Positions 32,925 to 46,497 of a stretch of DNA of 64,000 bases are shown one piece after another. The position numbers were made by a program, and so were the translations under genes. Each line of letters begins with the position of its first letter. Position 1 is the first letter of the stretch. Source of the DNA: Lepidodermella squamata (lineage: Eukaryota; Animalia; Gastrotricha); NCBI GenBank assembly GCA_047495785.1, contig JBLDXI010000007.1, positions 4,402,001-4,466,000 on the forward strand, written 5' to 3'. The notes beneath the pieces were generated by a model. That model had not been told where the DNA came from, made no database searches, and saw only the letters and a program-made list of their open reading frames with translations.

Positions 32925-35900
32925 CAGTGCGCCCTCCATAAATGCAAAGCGTCGGGAGACACGCGTTTGCTTTTACGGAGGGTTGCATTTATAGAGGGCT
33001 GTTAAAGAGCTAGCGATGAATCATAAGTGCGTCGCTAAGGTTTTTTCATAGTTGCTAAGGCGACGATGGTTTTAGTGGTTAGCCATGTTTTGAGATAAGC
33101 CGGAACGAATTCAGTGAACTTCATTTATTTGAATGGGTTGTAGTATTTGTAAAAGCAAAAACTCGAAAAATCGCGTGCGCACGATTTTGTTGATCGCAAT
33201 CTTAATGAGCTTTATAAAAAACAACGGTCTGTAAAGATCGAGAGGTTGGGTTTTTGGGTGAGATAACACCGCGCGACCGTCAAGTAAAAAGCTGGAAAGC
33301 TGCCCGCAGCGCTTAAATTTCGTTGCTAACGACGCCTAACTTTTCACAGTAAATATAAATTATCAAACTAAAATTATTATTTTAATGAAAAATAATTTTT
33401 CAACAAATAAAATAAACAAATAAAATAAACAAATAAAATATCTGCGATTGAATATTAAATTTTCTGAGATTTTTTATGAAAAATATTGAAATGATGGAGA
33501 CGGAAGACGCGATTCACATCATGATTCAGTTGGTCAAAAACACCGACACGGCGATTCTTGAAGAACTCGGGACCGATGAGGCGAGTTTACTGGACGGAAT
33601 CGAGGCAGTACGATCAAAACATCGGCGAGTTCTGGCAGAGCTGTCATCGCTGAAGGATGATCTGCTGGAATCGCGAGCTAATTGTCTCAAACTTCATGAT
33701 GAATTGAAGGAGGCGGTGAAAACAGCCCAATGGGTGCCACCGGAGAAACGTTTTCAAGAAGTCGAAGCGGAGCTACATCTCGTTCAAAAAGAGAATGCCC
33801 GCGTGTCACTAGCTGTGTTCGGGAAAGACCGCCAGAGTGTGTACGACACCAAGCGCAAGCTGGAAGCGAGCGGCTTTGGAGTTGCCGATGTCGTATTTTT
33901 ACCGCAGGGCAACGTTGCGAAATTCAAGTTCGTCACCCGAGAACAAGCAGCCGCAGCCTTGAAAACAATGAAGGATAACAAGGTTAAGTGCGACTGGTGG
34001 GAGTCGAAACACGAACGGGAATTCCGGATCATATGCGATTCTTTTATCGACAGTCACCCGGAAAAATCGCAACTGAAACGCCGAGGGGCTGAAATTTTAA
34101 AAAATGGTAAGCCGTTCAAACGGTATGAGTCTTCGATCAAACAAATCATCGACACGGAAGCCAAGGTGGAGAGCGAGGATGAAGAGGATGATCCTCCGTC
34201 GATGATACGTGGCGGCCGGGGCAACGACACCCGGGCGTCGATAAAACCCCCGCCGGTCCCGGATGTCTCGGTAACGGGAACAACGGACAAGGATAACGAG
34301 GTCAAGAAAGGTCAAAGGCCAAGGGTCAAAGAGTGTCACGATTGCGGCGACACCCAACATCTGCGGCGTCATTGCCCGACGCGGCTCGCGACCATTCAGT
34401 GCTACAACTGTGAAGAGTTTGGCCATTACGCGAACGAGTGCAAGTCCGAAGTGCAAAGGCGGTTTGACCACCAGGCACGGGGCCATCAGTCACGTGGGCA
34501 TCAATCACGTGGCTACGTACCACAAGGATTTGAATCACGTGACGGCGGGGCGCATGGTCAGGCGCAGCTCGTGGCTCTGGTATGTGAACTGCTTCAAGGC
34601 GCAACCAGACGACAACGATGATGGGGCGGGCCTGACTGCTTGAACTATAACCGGTTTGAAATTGTTGATAATGATGATATCCAAAACTTTGTAAATAGTA
34701 ACTATGATGCCATTCTTGTTGAAAAAAATGAATTTTGTAAATATTTGTCTGATTTGCAGAATACGCAGTCAGGTCGAAATCATAACCAAAATCAAAGTCT
34801 GAAATTGGTGGGGAAAAAGAGAAGAAGGCGGAAAAATCGAAAACATAAAAAACAATCGAAAAATCTTGATTTGTTAGAGGCAATTTTTATGCTGACTTAC
34901 GGCTCGCAAAATTTATCAACGGGCAAAAACAAAATTCCCTCTATTGCGGAGGAGATGAGGGAACGAAAAATTCATGTTCTTTTATTACAGGAATTTCGTA
35001 AGAAGGGCAAGGGTGAGAAGCACCAAGATGGCGTGACTATTATTTATTCAACGTTGTATGCCAGAGAGTTAAGTTAGAAAAGTGCGGAGTACCGCTCACT
35101 GACGAAGAGTGGCTCAATATTTTGGCTTTTGCTGACGATACTGGGCTGTTAGCCATGCATAGGAACGACATGCAACTTCTTATCGATATTTTTGTTGAGG
35201 CTTGCCAGAGTCTAGGGCTCAAAATAAATGTACCAAAAACCAAATTCATGGTTATTAACAAAGGAGATGAAATTGTTGAGCCTTTTATTATTTACAATGA
35301 ACGACTGGAAGAAGTTAGTAGCTTCACATATTTAGGTAGTATAATTACCTCAGATGGAGCTTCAAAAAGCGAGATCAGGGCCAGAATAGAGAAAAGCTGC
35401 AAAGCTTTCGGTGCCTTGAAAAAATATATTTTTGGAAATAAATCTATTCCTATTAGCGTAAAAATGAAGTGTCTTCGAGGTACAGTAGAACCGGTTGCGA
35501 AATTTGGGGGTGAAAATTGGACGATGACCAGTGAGGATGAACGGCGACTGAACGTTTGTCAGATGCGATGCCTACGTAGCATTTGCGGTGTCACTCTGAG
35601 AGACAGAGTTAGGAATGATTATATTAGAGAAAAATGTGAAACTCAAAAATTATCTTCGATAGTAGCAAGACATCAACTTAGGTGGTACGGCCATGTTGCT
35701 CGCATGGACCCCGAACGGCTAACCCACCGAGTACGGTATTGGAACGTGCCGGAGGGGTGGAAACGGCCTAGAGGCAGACCTAAGCTAAGGTGGCTCGACT
35801 GTATTAAGAAAAATTTGGGGCGGGTGGGAATTCAAAATTTAGAGGATGCAGATGATCTAGCGAAGGACAGAAATGAGTGGAGGCTGAAAATTCATAGTCT

Positions 35901-36258
35901 GGGGTGATGAATATGATTCTTCTCGAGGGTTTTTGCATATTTTGTATTACTGATGAAAAATGATTTCGGGTTGACTAGGATCGGTCCCCTAGACTGGTCC
36001 TCCTCCGACACGCGCTCTGCTTGCCAGGTCACCACCGTGACCTGTCCGGCAGGGTGTGTACACCGGGGTGAGTTTTATTTTCAGCACGCCTTTTTGTTGT
36101 TTTTTCTAATTTTGTTTTTTACTGTTCTTTTAATGTCAAAAGTGCTGAACAATAAAGAAAATGTTATGTTATGTTATGTAAAATAAACGGGAGACAAAAT
36201 CGCTTGCAAATACGGAGGTTTTCCATTAACAGAGGTTGCATTTATGGAGGGCGCACTG
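32925..36258. mobile_element. Tc1/mariner-type MITE enclosing an RTE-like LINE
   Basis: TIR CAGTGCGCCCTCCATAAATGCAA at both ends; TA TSD. Confidence 0.8.
33476..36180 (+). mobile_element. RTE/RTEX-like LINE: open ORF1 (coiled coil + two CCHC knuckles), internally deleted ORF2
   Basis: ORF1 33476-34621 with CHDCGDTQHLRRHC and CYNCEEFGHYANEC; APE start (QNL..LLQE) joined directly to RT LAFADD..FTYLGS..RWYGHVARM (35122-35907); (ATGTT)n tail at about 36161-36180. Confidence 0.85.
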
Positions 36259-36454
36259 TAGACATATTTTGATCGCATATTTTCCAGGGATGAAACACGA
36301 ATTTCGCTGCTAATAGACAGTAAAGTGGTATGGAGCGTGGCTGAAATCGTCATCCATCAATTATTAAAATTGCTAAGAGTTGACATCCCCCGGTGAGGTC
36401 GGAAAATCGTTGAGAAGAAAACACATTGTCACAAAATTTTCATAAATTGAAATC

Positions 36455-39400
36455 ATGTCGAATTCTGCGTTCCAGTTGTTGCTTGCGTGTTTTCTCGGCG
36501 GAGTTGCTGCTCAAGCGATATCGCGTTGTGGAACACTGGTTCCCCAGTTCAGCCTGTTCAACCACAACCCAGCCGACCGGGCAGTCAATTGGGACTTGTA
36601 CCAAATGCCGGGGCTGAATGAGAGCAACTCACCCAATAATGCCACACGCCTTTCAAGTAAATCAATGACGCATACTAGCGCTGGCCTGCGTGCAAAAAAC
36701 GTAACATTTCCTGTAGATTTTATGCATAGAAAATGCTTCATCATCTGTATAGCCTTTCACGCTGACAAATTTCTACATGGAAATGTGGTCTTTCCTCAAC
36801 CCTAACAATGCCATGGGAGCTGAAGGCGTCCAAGTAACTATCGGGAACAACGCCTCAATGAATCCATTTAAAAGTAAGTTTGGACGTATTTCAGCCTTTA
36901 TGCTATTGGATTGAACTCGACTAGTCGAGGGTGAGAGAGCAACCATCAGCGAAGCCTTTACAATTCAGCTTGAGCTTGATTACATTTTTCCGGGCGGATC
37001 TCCGATTTTTTAAAATAACCTGTTTAACCTTCAAAATTCATATAAGAAACGAGGCTAACAGTATTGCAATGACAGGTGGTCTTTATGGGATTGACTGGGC
37101 CTCATTCGTCGGCCTCGGTGTCCAATTTCACCCCTACAATTGGCTTTATCTTTCGTGGCTTACCAAAGTTCCTTACGGCACAAACGCGCAACCTGACAGC
37201 TGCCTTCGACGCGACGAAATTCTATGCCAAGCGGGTGTCGATCCCAGAATTTGGATACTCAACAAAGTTGTCATGTACCAAATCCGCGTTGCGGGTGGCA
37301 ACACGATCTCAATAGCCTCCTGCCTAGCTAATGGCACGTGCCTGGGCCCATTTTCTGGTTCGTCGAGTCTCTACTCGCTGATGGGCTCCTTCGACGATCA
37401 ACAAATGATGCTGGGAATTAGTACTTTGAATGGGGGAAATACGGATAATCTCGACATTCTGAGCATCGGTGTCTACGACTGTTCGACCGAGCCTTCTTCT
37501 AACAAGTAAGTCAATGCAGGCTCATCTTTTCGAATGGCCTCACGCAATTTATCGTAGAGTTGCATCTTGCGGCACCTTGATGCCGCAGTTTTCACTGCTC
37601 AACCCAGCGATTGACTTGGCTGCCAATTGGGACTACTACCCTCACGCTAATATGAGTTCCGCTGGTCAGCCGGCTAACTCTGTTCGACTGGCATCAGAAG
37701 GTTCAGCAAATGTTGAAACGGGCCTTTGGAATCGAAATGTAAGTGGTACACTCGCGCTTTCCTTCCCACTACCCTAATAATGTAATTTGTCTCGGATGTT
37801 TTGTAACTTTTGCAGCCACTCACCACCTCAAGCTTTTACATGGAACTATCGATCCGCATAACCGACTCAGATTTCTCAGCAGCCGACGGATTTGCTGTCA
37901 TCGTCGCTAACAACGAATCGATTGGTCGGCCGTCTAAACTTCGTAAGTGGTGACGCTCTAAATTTGCGCAACGCCGGCGCTTATTGAAATATTGGCTTTC
38001 AGCGTTCACGTTTTCACAAAAATTGAAAAGTCATCAAAATTGAAAACGCGTGTGCCATATATAAATTGTCCCATAGTTTTGAAATGCCGAAGAATCTCGG
38101 TAGCTAGGATGTGATGCAAGCTGTGTATGAATTTTTGGACCATAGAAAAGCCTGAACCCCTCGAACTCAAAGTGCAGGGTGTGTAGTAAAATTCGCGCTA
38201 GCGAATGAAGTCAATTAAATGTTAAGAAGGCTTCCTGCTAACATTTTTCTATCTTCATCATAGACAATACTGTAACAGATGTATTTTCTGCTCATAAATA
38301 CTGGAATCCGTCCTCCATCTAATGATTTTCAATTTTCGTTTGTTTTATTAGAAAAATCCGTTCATAAAGTATGCGTAATATTTTTTTTGCGTCGCATTTT
38401 TTCAATAACTTTTCAACCATGAGGAATGTTTTAAAATGGTTTTCACCAGTCGATAGATCTAGTCTGCGGTAAACTTTCCTAAAATTTTCATTAGAATTGG
38501 GTGCGAGAGAAAAAATTGGTGACGAAAATTCTGTCCGCGATTTTCATTGAAAATTCTCATTTTTGAAAAATGGCATTTTACAGGATTTGAGGTTAGAAGA
38601 CATCATCCTGTTGAAAGGCTTTATCGGAATTTTTTTCAGCAGGGAATTAGGTCAATAACGCGCCGCCAACAAGGAAATTTGACTTAGCGGCCACAAAGAA
38701 GGTCTTGTCCACCAACCGCGATCCGAAATGAGTTTTCGGAATTTTTTGAATGATCTGTGCCAATTTTATGAAGCCTTCAGCTTTGGATAGTTGTACAATG
38801 TTTTTTCAGGAATCGGTGACGTAGATCCATTACGGACCATCTTTCAAAAAAACTTGAAGCCTCTGGCAAAAGAGACAATCAATTCAGACCAAATAAGATG
38901 CAAAAATAGCATTTTTCAAAAATGAGAATTTTCAATGAAAATCGCGGACAGAATTTTCGTCACCAATTTTTTCTCTCGCACCCAATTCTAATGAAAATTT
39001 GAGGAAAGTTTACCGCAGACTAGATCTATCGACTGGTGAAAACCATTTTAAAACATTCCTCATGGTTGAAAAGTTATTGAAAAAATGCGATGCAAAAAAA
39101 ATATTACGCATACTTTATGTTGTTAAATGCCAGCCCGAGGGCACCGAGCAATGTATAATGTTAGTTAGTATCACGTATCACGGTTATGAAACAGTAAGAT
39201 AGCACTAGAGTTAACATTATCATCATTTCCATCATTTATCATCAGTTATTATTATTCGGCAAGGCGGGATAGGCCCGATTTTTATAGTCATTTCTCCATT
39301 TAAGGATTATTTGAGCAAAGTCGCTAGATTGACGCTATTCGGGCTTTCACAGTTACACAGGGCATTCAAGAGTACAGTTTTATCGGAATCAGATTTTTTT

Positions 39401-42400
39401 CTATAATTATATGTACAATTGATTGTAGCAGCGCAGTCAAAGATTAGATAAGTTAAAAGGTTTACAGATTGAAGCGTTTCCTGTTCGCAAAAAATGCATT
39501 TCATTTCACCTAAGACATATTGGAAAGGCTTAAATATAGAATTTGTACGAATTTTGGCCAAGGTTTGTGCCTCCGTGATATCAAAAACGTCAAAACATTC
39601 TATCCATCTCCAGAGTCGCTGTTCGATAAATAAATTTTGATTAGTGTAGAAGGAGTTTCGGAAATTTTTCGGAAATGTTTGATTTGTCTCTGTCAATCAG
39701 GTAGGTTTTATAGTTCTCAATCAACTCGGGAACTAGGTAACTCGGGGCATCGAATATATGATCGAAATTGTCTTTGGCGGTTTCGTCCCGGAGGTTTTTG
39801 TAGATGTGGCGGCGCAGCGTGTTATTATTTTCGAGTATAGTAAATGTTTCCTGTAGTAGGATGTTATTTTTACGAAATTTGAGGGAAAAAAAAGTATTTT
39901 AGGGCTGCTATGAGCAGTGTTATTTTAGGGGGTTCGATGTGAAATTCGCGAGCTACGAGCTCGTTTCTAGCCCTTTTAGGTAGGTTTAGGACGGTTTTTG
40001 CAAATAAAATGTTCAGTAGCGGCATCGAGTTTCGGAGTTTGAAGCCCCAAATGCCGGCCCCGTACGTCATGTGGCTAATAGAATATGAATTGTACAGCGT
40101 GCGGAAAGTATTAGAAGGAAAATAATTTTCATATGGTCTAAGTGTGTCTGGCAGTTGTGAAATTATTCGCCTAACTTTAGCCTGGGCTGTCTCCGAGCAG
40201 CGTTTAAAATTTAGATTATGGGTCAGAATGATTCCAAGATATTTGAATTCAGAAACTTGCTCCATCTTTTTGTTGTAAATTTTGAACTCGAAATCAGCTG
40301 GTTTATAATTGCTGCCCCGATGAAACGCCATGACCTTGGTTTTTTCGACGTTAATTTTTAGGTTGTTCCGAACTGCAAGATTTTCACTTTCAAAATCCAT
40401 CTAATGATACCATGTGCACTTATGGATTATTTTCTAAAATTCGCCAAGGGGTTACATTTGGTGATTTTGGGCGAAATTGCCCATCTACTGCGATAAATTC
40501 GATTTTCCGATTTTTTCAGGCAGTGCATATTGGACTTGGAATTTTCTCACAGCGCTGTTTTGTTCAGAAATTGTTTAGGCAAATAATACTTTTTCGAACG
40601 CACATTATCCCAAAATCCAGTATATACCGATGAAAAATATAACAAACGTTTGCTATACTCGAGTACTAGGAAAGCTTTCTGGTCGATGAAAAATATTCAA
40701 ACTTTAGCTATGCTCCGAACTAACTCTATTCATAAACCTTTCTGCTATATAAATAATTTTGGTATCAAATGTATCTTCTGTTTCAAAGTTAGCGATGATG
40801 TTCTTTCTTCTGTCAAAGTTTATTTAGATGCGACCGACCTCTTGACTCACCTGTACACTAATTGTAAGCATACTCCGTATTACAAAAATAATATTGATGA
40901 CGATTCCGACGACACTAATGTCAACCCGAAAGATATCTACGAATCAATCAACTGCTGTAAATCTGTTAAAAATGTAAATTTATCTGGAATAATGGAATAA
41001 TAATAATGGATCGACGGTTTTTTAACATAACGTTTGTTATTTACTCTAACAGAAGTTTAAAATTAGAGAAGGTCTAAACAATGGTTGACATTCAACATTC
41101 ACAGTTTTCCGCAGTTGATCGAAGTCTATTTACGTTAGAGGACCTCGCCTTAATTTCGGCCACTTCCTAAATTCGGCCGCTGCGTCCTAACTTCGGCCAC
41201 CGGCCGAAATTTGGACACGAAGTGCTTTGCAGCAGTTTTATTTGCACGCAATTCAAGAACTTTGAATTGTTGGGCCCATCTGTTTCATGATTTCTCAAGC
41301 ACGTGATCGCAAAAAAATAATTCTAAATGCGAGCGAGCGGGCTTATGTCGCTTCTCGAGTGCTCTGTTACCGCTACTTTGCAGGTATAATTTACCTGAAA
41401 CTGGCTCTGTCAAATGTACTGCTTTCACCTCAATAATTACCAGCTAAATGCCAGCTTCATTTTGGTATAAAATATTCTATCTAAAACCGCCCAGGTGAAG
41501 AGATCAAGAGGGCCAATTTTAGGGTTTTCGAGGGTTCGATTCCAAAAATTAGCAGTCTATAGTGGAATTGAATTCGGGAAAACAAAATCGATACTCTCAT
41601 TCTACAGGAGACAAGGGATTTTTTAGATATTTTTCCAGAATTTTAGAAAGTCAACCGCAGTTAGGCTATTAGGTAGAAAACAAGTTATCAAACTTGTACC
41701 TGTCAAAGCAAGTTTGAGTTTCAGGCATCACGTCGTCAAGGAAAAGCTCACAGGTGAAGCAACTAAGGCGGTTTTTATAGCCAGCTTTTTGAGACGAATC
41801 TAACGATACCAAACTTATGGCATTAGTGTACCTGGATGAGGTGGCCGAAATTAGGACACCCCGCTTCCTAATTCCGGCCGGGTGTCTGGGTGACTAAAAA
41901 ATTAGCCATAAATCAAGGTAAAATCGTCCGGAATTGCGGAAAGCGGCATTCGATAGCATAAGAACTCTTTGATTCTGCTTTTGCCGAATATTTTCTGAAA
42001 ATTCACCTGGCTGGCAAAATAGGAAAAACTGAAAAGCGGCCGAAATTAAGGCGGGGTGCTCTATATAGGCCTGATATCTCTTTGTTAACCATCCATTCAT
42101 TATTAAGAAACAGAAATTACATAACTTAAAAATTGTTGTATTACGCACCTAAAAGAATGTTTTACTTTTATTATCACTGTTTTAAGATTGAATAAACCTT
42201 AAATAAAGGTCGTCTGATAAATAAGAATTTAACATAAAAAACCGTCGATCAACTGCCCCAATATCTTTAGCTCATCTCTATCGTGAAACGCTAAAATCTT
42301 CTGTATATCCACCTGTCGCTATTATCGAAACGACGTAATACCTCGATAATTATTAACTATAACTAATATATAATAATCTACAATTCTTATCACTTGTGTT

Positions 42401-44658
42401 CACGCGGGAAGTGGCACTTTGATGTGTGCGCCCAAAGCCCACCCGTGGCCGGTGCTTTATGAAATGAAGAATAAAATACACAGCTTGCTTGCTAGTTTTT
42501 CGAGCTAAGAAGAATCGGAAAATCGAAATGAATTATTTACCGGACAAATTTTAAATCGTTGGATAGAGAAACTTCCCATTATGGATAAACCATTTTTTTT
42601 TAATTTTCAGAATCTTTCCGAAATAGCCAACCGTGGCAGAAGAATGGCAATTTTGCCCAAAATCACCAAATGTAACCCTTTTTGGCGAATTTTAGAAAAT
42701 AATCCATAAGGAACCACAAAGTGTGCCTGGAATCATTAGATAGAGGACGAATTTCAGTATTTATGAGCAGAAAATCTAACTTTTTGATAGCCGTACCTGT
42801 GGCGTTTTTAATTTTTGAAATTATTTAAAATTATAATGGGCGGATAGGGCGTTAGGTGGCATAAAAAGTGGTCGCGTGCCGCACTCTTTGCAAATTCAGC
42901 TCGAATAAATTCACTATGGAAATATCGTTGGTGTCCTATCTGTTACAGTTTTTCTTTTTTCTATGGACCCTTCAATATGAATGATGTTTTTCAGTTAATG
43001 GCTATGGGCTGGATTCCAGTAAATTCACAGGCTTCGCTTTCGCAGTGAATAGTTCATCGAAGACAATCATGTCGACAATTATCCCGGCCTCGCTCGGGGG
43101 AAATCTGTTCTCCCAGAGCTGCAACTCGACCAAAACCGCAACTTGCACGCCCCTCGACTCAATTAATCCACCGAAAAATTTAGTTCAGTATCAAATTTGG
43201 ATTGACCAAGGTGTATATGTAACGGTAAAGTACTTCTATAGACATTACATTTGCTTATATATTACATTCACTTATTCGCTGTGCCTATAGTTTTCAATGT
43301 GCCTGAAGGATGGATCGTGCCTTGGACCCTACACCAACAGACTGCCCGTTTCTCTAAGAAGTCTGATTGCGACAAAATCTATGATGCTGGGGCTAGGGGC
43401 TCTCAATCGAATCAATTCCGACTCGGTAGACGTGGTTAGTCTCGCGGTTTACGATTGTTCAGACCCATCGGATGGTTATTACGTCCCAGCTACGACACCC
43501 GCCACAAGGCGAAGAACCACAACGCAGCAAAGCCTAGTACCAGAAACTTCAAAGTCCGACGAATTTCCTATTCCACATCTTGATGAAGGAAACTACTTGC
43601 CAACAGTTTCAACTGACGATTTAATATCATGCAAAGCCTTAAGCTGGGAATATCGTGCACCGAGTCCGAATACGAAAATATACGCGACGCTGACTCTCGA
43701 TCGACTGACGTCTGTTAATCAAGCTGAACAAGAGGTTTCGCTGTGGGGCGGTCTGCTCCTCCAGTGGATGGTCACGACCTGCGGGGCGAACAACACAGCC
43801 CCGGATGTTGAGGAGAAAGAACGCCTCATCTCGACACGCAGGACTGACATCTGGCGGCCATCGTTGATTTTCGCCAACAAAACGCCGGATTTCGACCTCA
43901 ACAACCCGGCTTCCAGCGAGGCTCTAGATATCGCCTACTACCCAACCCGTCCGAACCGCACGCTGTTTTTCCACTGGAACCGGGTCGGGTATTTCGCCGC
44001 AAGTTGCGTAATCGATCTGTCCAGCTTCCCATTTGACAGGCAAACCTGTGAAATAACGATGCTGATGTCCGAATCTGCGAATTATTTGACAATCGCTGGG
44101 GTACATGTCGACTTGGGCGATCTCTTCTACGGCGTCTGGTCCTTCGACTCGCTGAAAGTTGTGCGAGGTAATGTCACCAGTGCTACGAGGCTAAACGTTC
44201 CAGTCTCCTGCGCCAAGGTGGCGCTGATTTTCAAGCGCAATCCTCAATTCTACATTGTCAATATGGCTGTGCCTTGTTATGTGCTGATCAGCCTCGCTTT
44301 CGCATCTTTCTTCATGGACCCAGCCCTGCCGGATCGTCCCGCCATTTGCTGCACAATCATGCTGTCGCTCGTAGTCGCCCAGTCCGACGTGCTGTCTGGT
44401 GTTCCAGCGACGAGCCAAGGAATTCTGTACGCAAATTACATCCTCGGCATGACTGGAATCATCGCTTGTATCGCCTTCTACCAGATCGTAATGTCGCGCC
44501 TTGTCTCCAAAGACGAGGCCAAGTACGAGCGGAGTTTCAATGTTATCGGCAAATTCACGCTCAGTCTCATCAACCTTCTCGACATGCTCGCCTTTCTGGT
44601 AGCCTTTGAGAGCGTTCTTGCCGTCAATCTCTACTTTATCGGTTCGATTGATATTTAG
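36455..44658 (+). CDS. Gene E: two L-type lectin-like domains + Thr stalk + Cys-loop pLGIC subunit (class I), about 900 aa, 7 exons
   Basis: Exons 36455-36700, 36753-36873, 37076-37505, 37558-37738, 37816-37942, 42995-43224, 43291-44658; in frame; 5-kb TE-filled intron 5. Cys-loop CVIDLSSFPFDRQTC. Confidence 0.83.
38363..39119. repeat. Long inverted repeat (about 210-bp near-perfect arms, about 335-bp spacer), foldback/MITE-like
   Basis: 38363 to about 38573 is the reverse complement of about 38909-39119 with very few mismatches. Confidence 0.85.
39300..40400 (-). mobile_element. LINE RT C-terminal remnant
   Basis: NLKINVEKTKVM..FKYLGIIL..YGAGIWG, followed by a LAKIRTNS..CIFC..LIFDC zinc-binding-like tail. 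Confidence 0.7.
40650..41000 (+). mobile_element. Second LINE 3' remnant of a related family, opposite orientation
   Basis: QTLAMLRTNSIHKPF..KCIFC..LLTHLYTNC parallels 39307-39696. Confidence 0.55.
41138..42061. mobile_element. TIR-bounded non-autonomous DNA transposon (GAG-start TIRs)
   Basis: GAGGACCTCGCCTTAATTTCGGCC matches the reverse complement of GGCCGAAATTAAGGCGGGGTGCTC; subterminal CCTAAnTTCGGCC repeats. Nested within further inverted repeats (about 41010/42240 and 40400-40490/42645-42742). Confidence 0.55.
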
Positions 44659-46497
44659 ACGTTTCCAGATAACAAACAAACAGCAAACAAACAAACAACA
44701 GCTGGATTTAACGCAAAATTGCGACAACTGATGTCTAGTGACATACATTACAAGACGCACTTTAACGATTTTCAACATTACCACACCACCCGAATAATAA
44801 GATACATCATGAGTTTTGGTTTAAAAGCCCTTTTTGCATTCAGAGTAATAGCTACATATTGTAATATATTGAGATATGGAAGAAATAAATTATACATTAT
44901 AAACCTCTTGCGGAACCAAGTTTGTTCGGAACCAGAATTAAATTCCAAAAATAAATTCGCCAATAACTGTTTTCTTTTCCGATTGGTGTATCCAGCGCAA
45001 ATTTCCCTACCTGTCCCTTGGGACTAATAGCAGTATGGACTCGACACTTCTTAACAAACACATACAAAATTCATCTGATCGAGGCAAAAAATACGATTTT
45101 TGTGGACGAGGCAAAAAATGTGGTTTTAGCAATAATAACAAGGCCTTTTGCTGCATTCTCCCATTACATTCATTTTTTCAGGTGGGCTCGGCAATTAGCG
45201 GCTTAACTGCTTCGCAGGGGTGAGTCCTATGACCATGGGACTTGGATTTTTAGATTCCTTAGCTAACGACGAATCGTCTTATATAAAAATTAACTGCTTA
45301 ACCCCAAGATCTGAGTCGCATAAATTCATTGATCGAAAAATGCCTCATCAAAATGGCAGCAATGCTATGATTCATCGCAATTTTGCATATTCATGAACCT
45401 TTAAGCTGATGCCTAAAATAACCTTGGTAAAACTGCAAATTCATTAAATTTTGAGAACGCAGGAGTAGAAAATATGTCGAATTTTTATATAAGACGATTG
45501 GTCGTTAGTTGAGGAATCTAAAAATCCAAGTCCCATGGTCATAGGACTCACCCCTGCGAAGCAGTTAAGCCGCTAATTGCCGAGCCCACCTGAAAAAATG
45601 AATGTAATGGGAGAATGCAGCAAAAGGCCTTGTTATAATAATAATAATAATAATAATAATAGTTTTATTTAGCCTCTTCTAGACTGAGCGTCATGTACCG
45701 TTTCCGGTTTTGAAGAGGGCGAAGGCAGGCAAAGAGAAACTCTTACCCACCCCCACAGTTGAAGATCTTGCTTTTTCCGAAAAATTCATAGTTTTCAATC
45801 GAGTTAACAATCATGCGCCATTCATCTTTTTCAAAAGAAGCCATTTCAGCTAGTTGAAAATCTGGTATAATTTTAATTTCAAACTCCTTTTCGCCGGATT
45901 TTTCCTTCCCTTTTTTATTTGGCTTTTTGCCCTTCTTATCCTTGGCCTTATTCGTAGTGCTAGTTTTCTTTTTCCGGCGCAATTCCTTAGTCAGTCCTAC
46001 TTTAATCAAACTTCTATGCACTCCGTGGATCCATCTAGTTCGGGGTCGTCCTCTCGGTGCAAACCATCCCAACGGAGGCGTCCAAATATAAATTTTGTTA
46101 ATTAGTCCTTCCACGTCGTAGTCACGTGATCTAACAATGTGTCCGAAGTACCTTAACCGTTGTTTTTCAACAACGCGGCTCACTTCAATGAGACCTCCGC
46201 ATAGAGCCAGCCTTATGTCTATGTTAGGAATATAGTCCATTAAGTGAACACCTACTATTGATCGGAGCCAACGATATTCTATAGTATTTAATCTGTTTTC
46301 TTGGGCTAGCGATATGTTCCATGATTCGCACGCGTAAATGATGGTAGGTATTATAACACAAGTCAGTACCTTAAGTTTCGTAGCTATGGAAACCTGATTT
46401 TTGTTGCACATGAATTTATTCATGGCGCCGAAAACACTGCCTGCCTTAGAAATCCTATAGTTCAGTTCCTCGTCGATTTTGCCGTCACTAGTAATAA

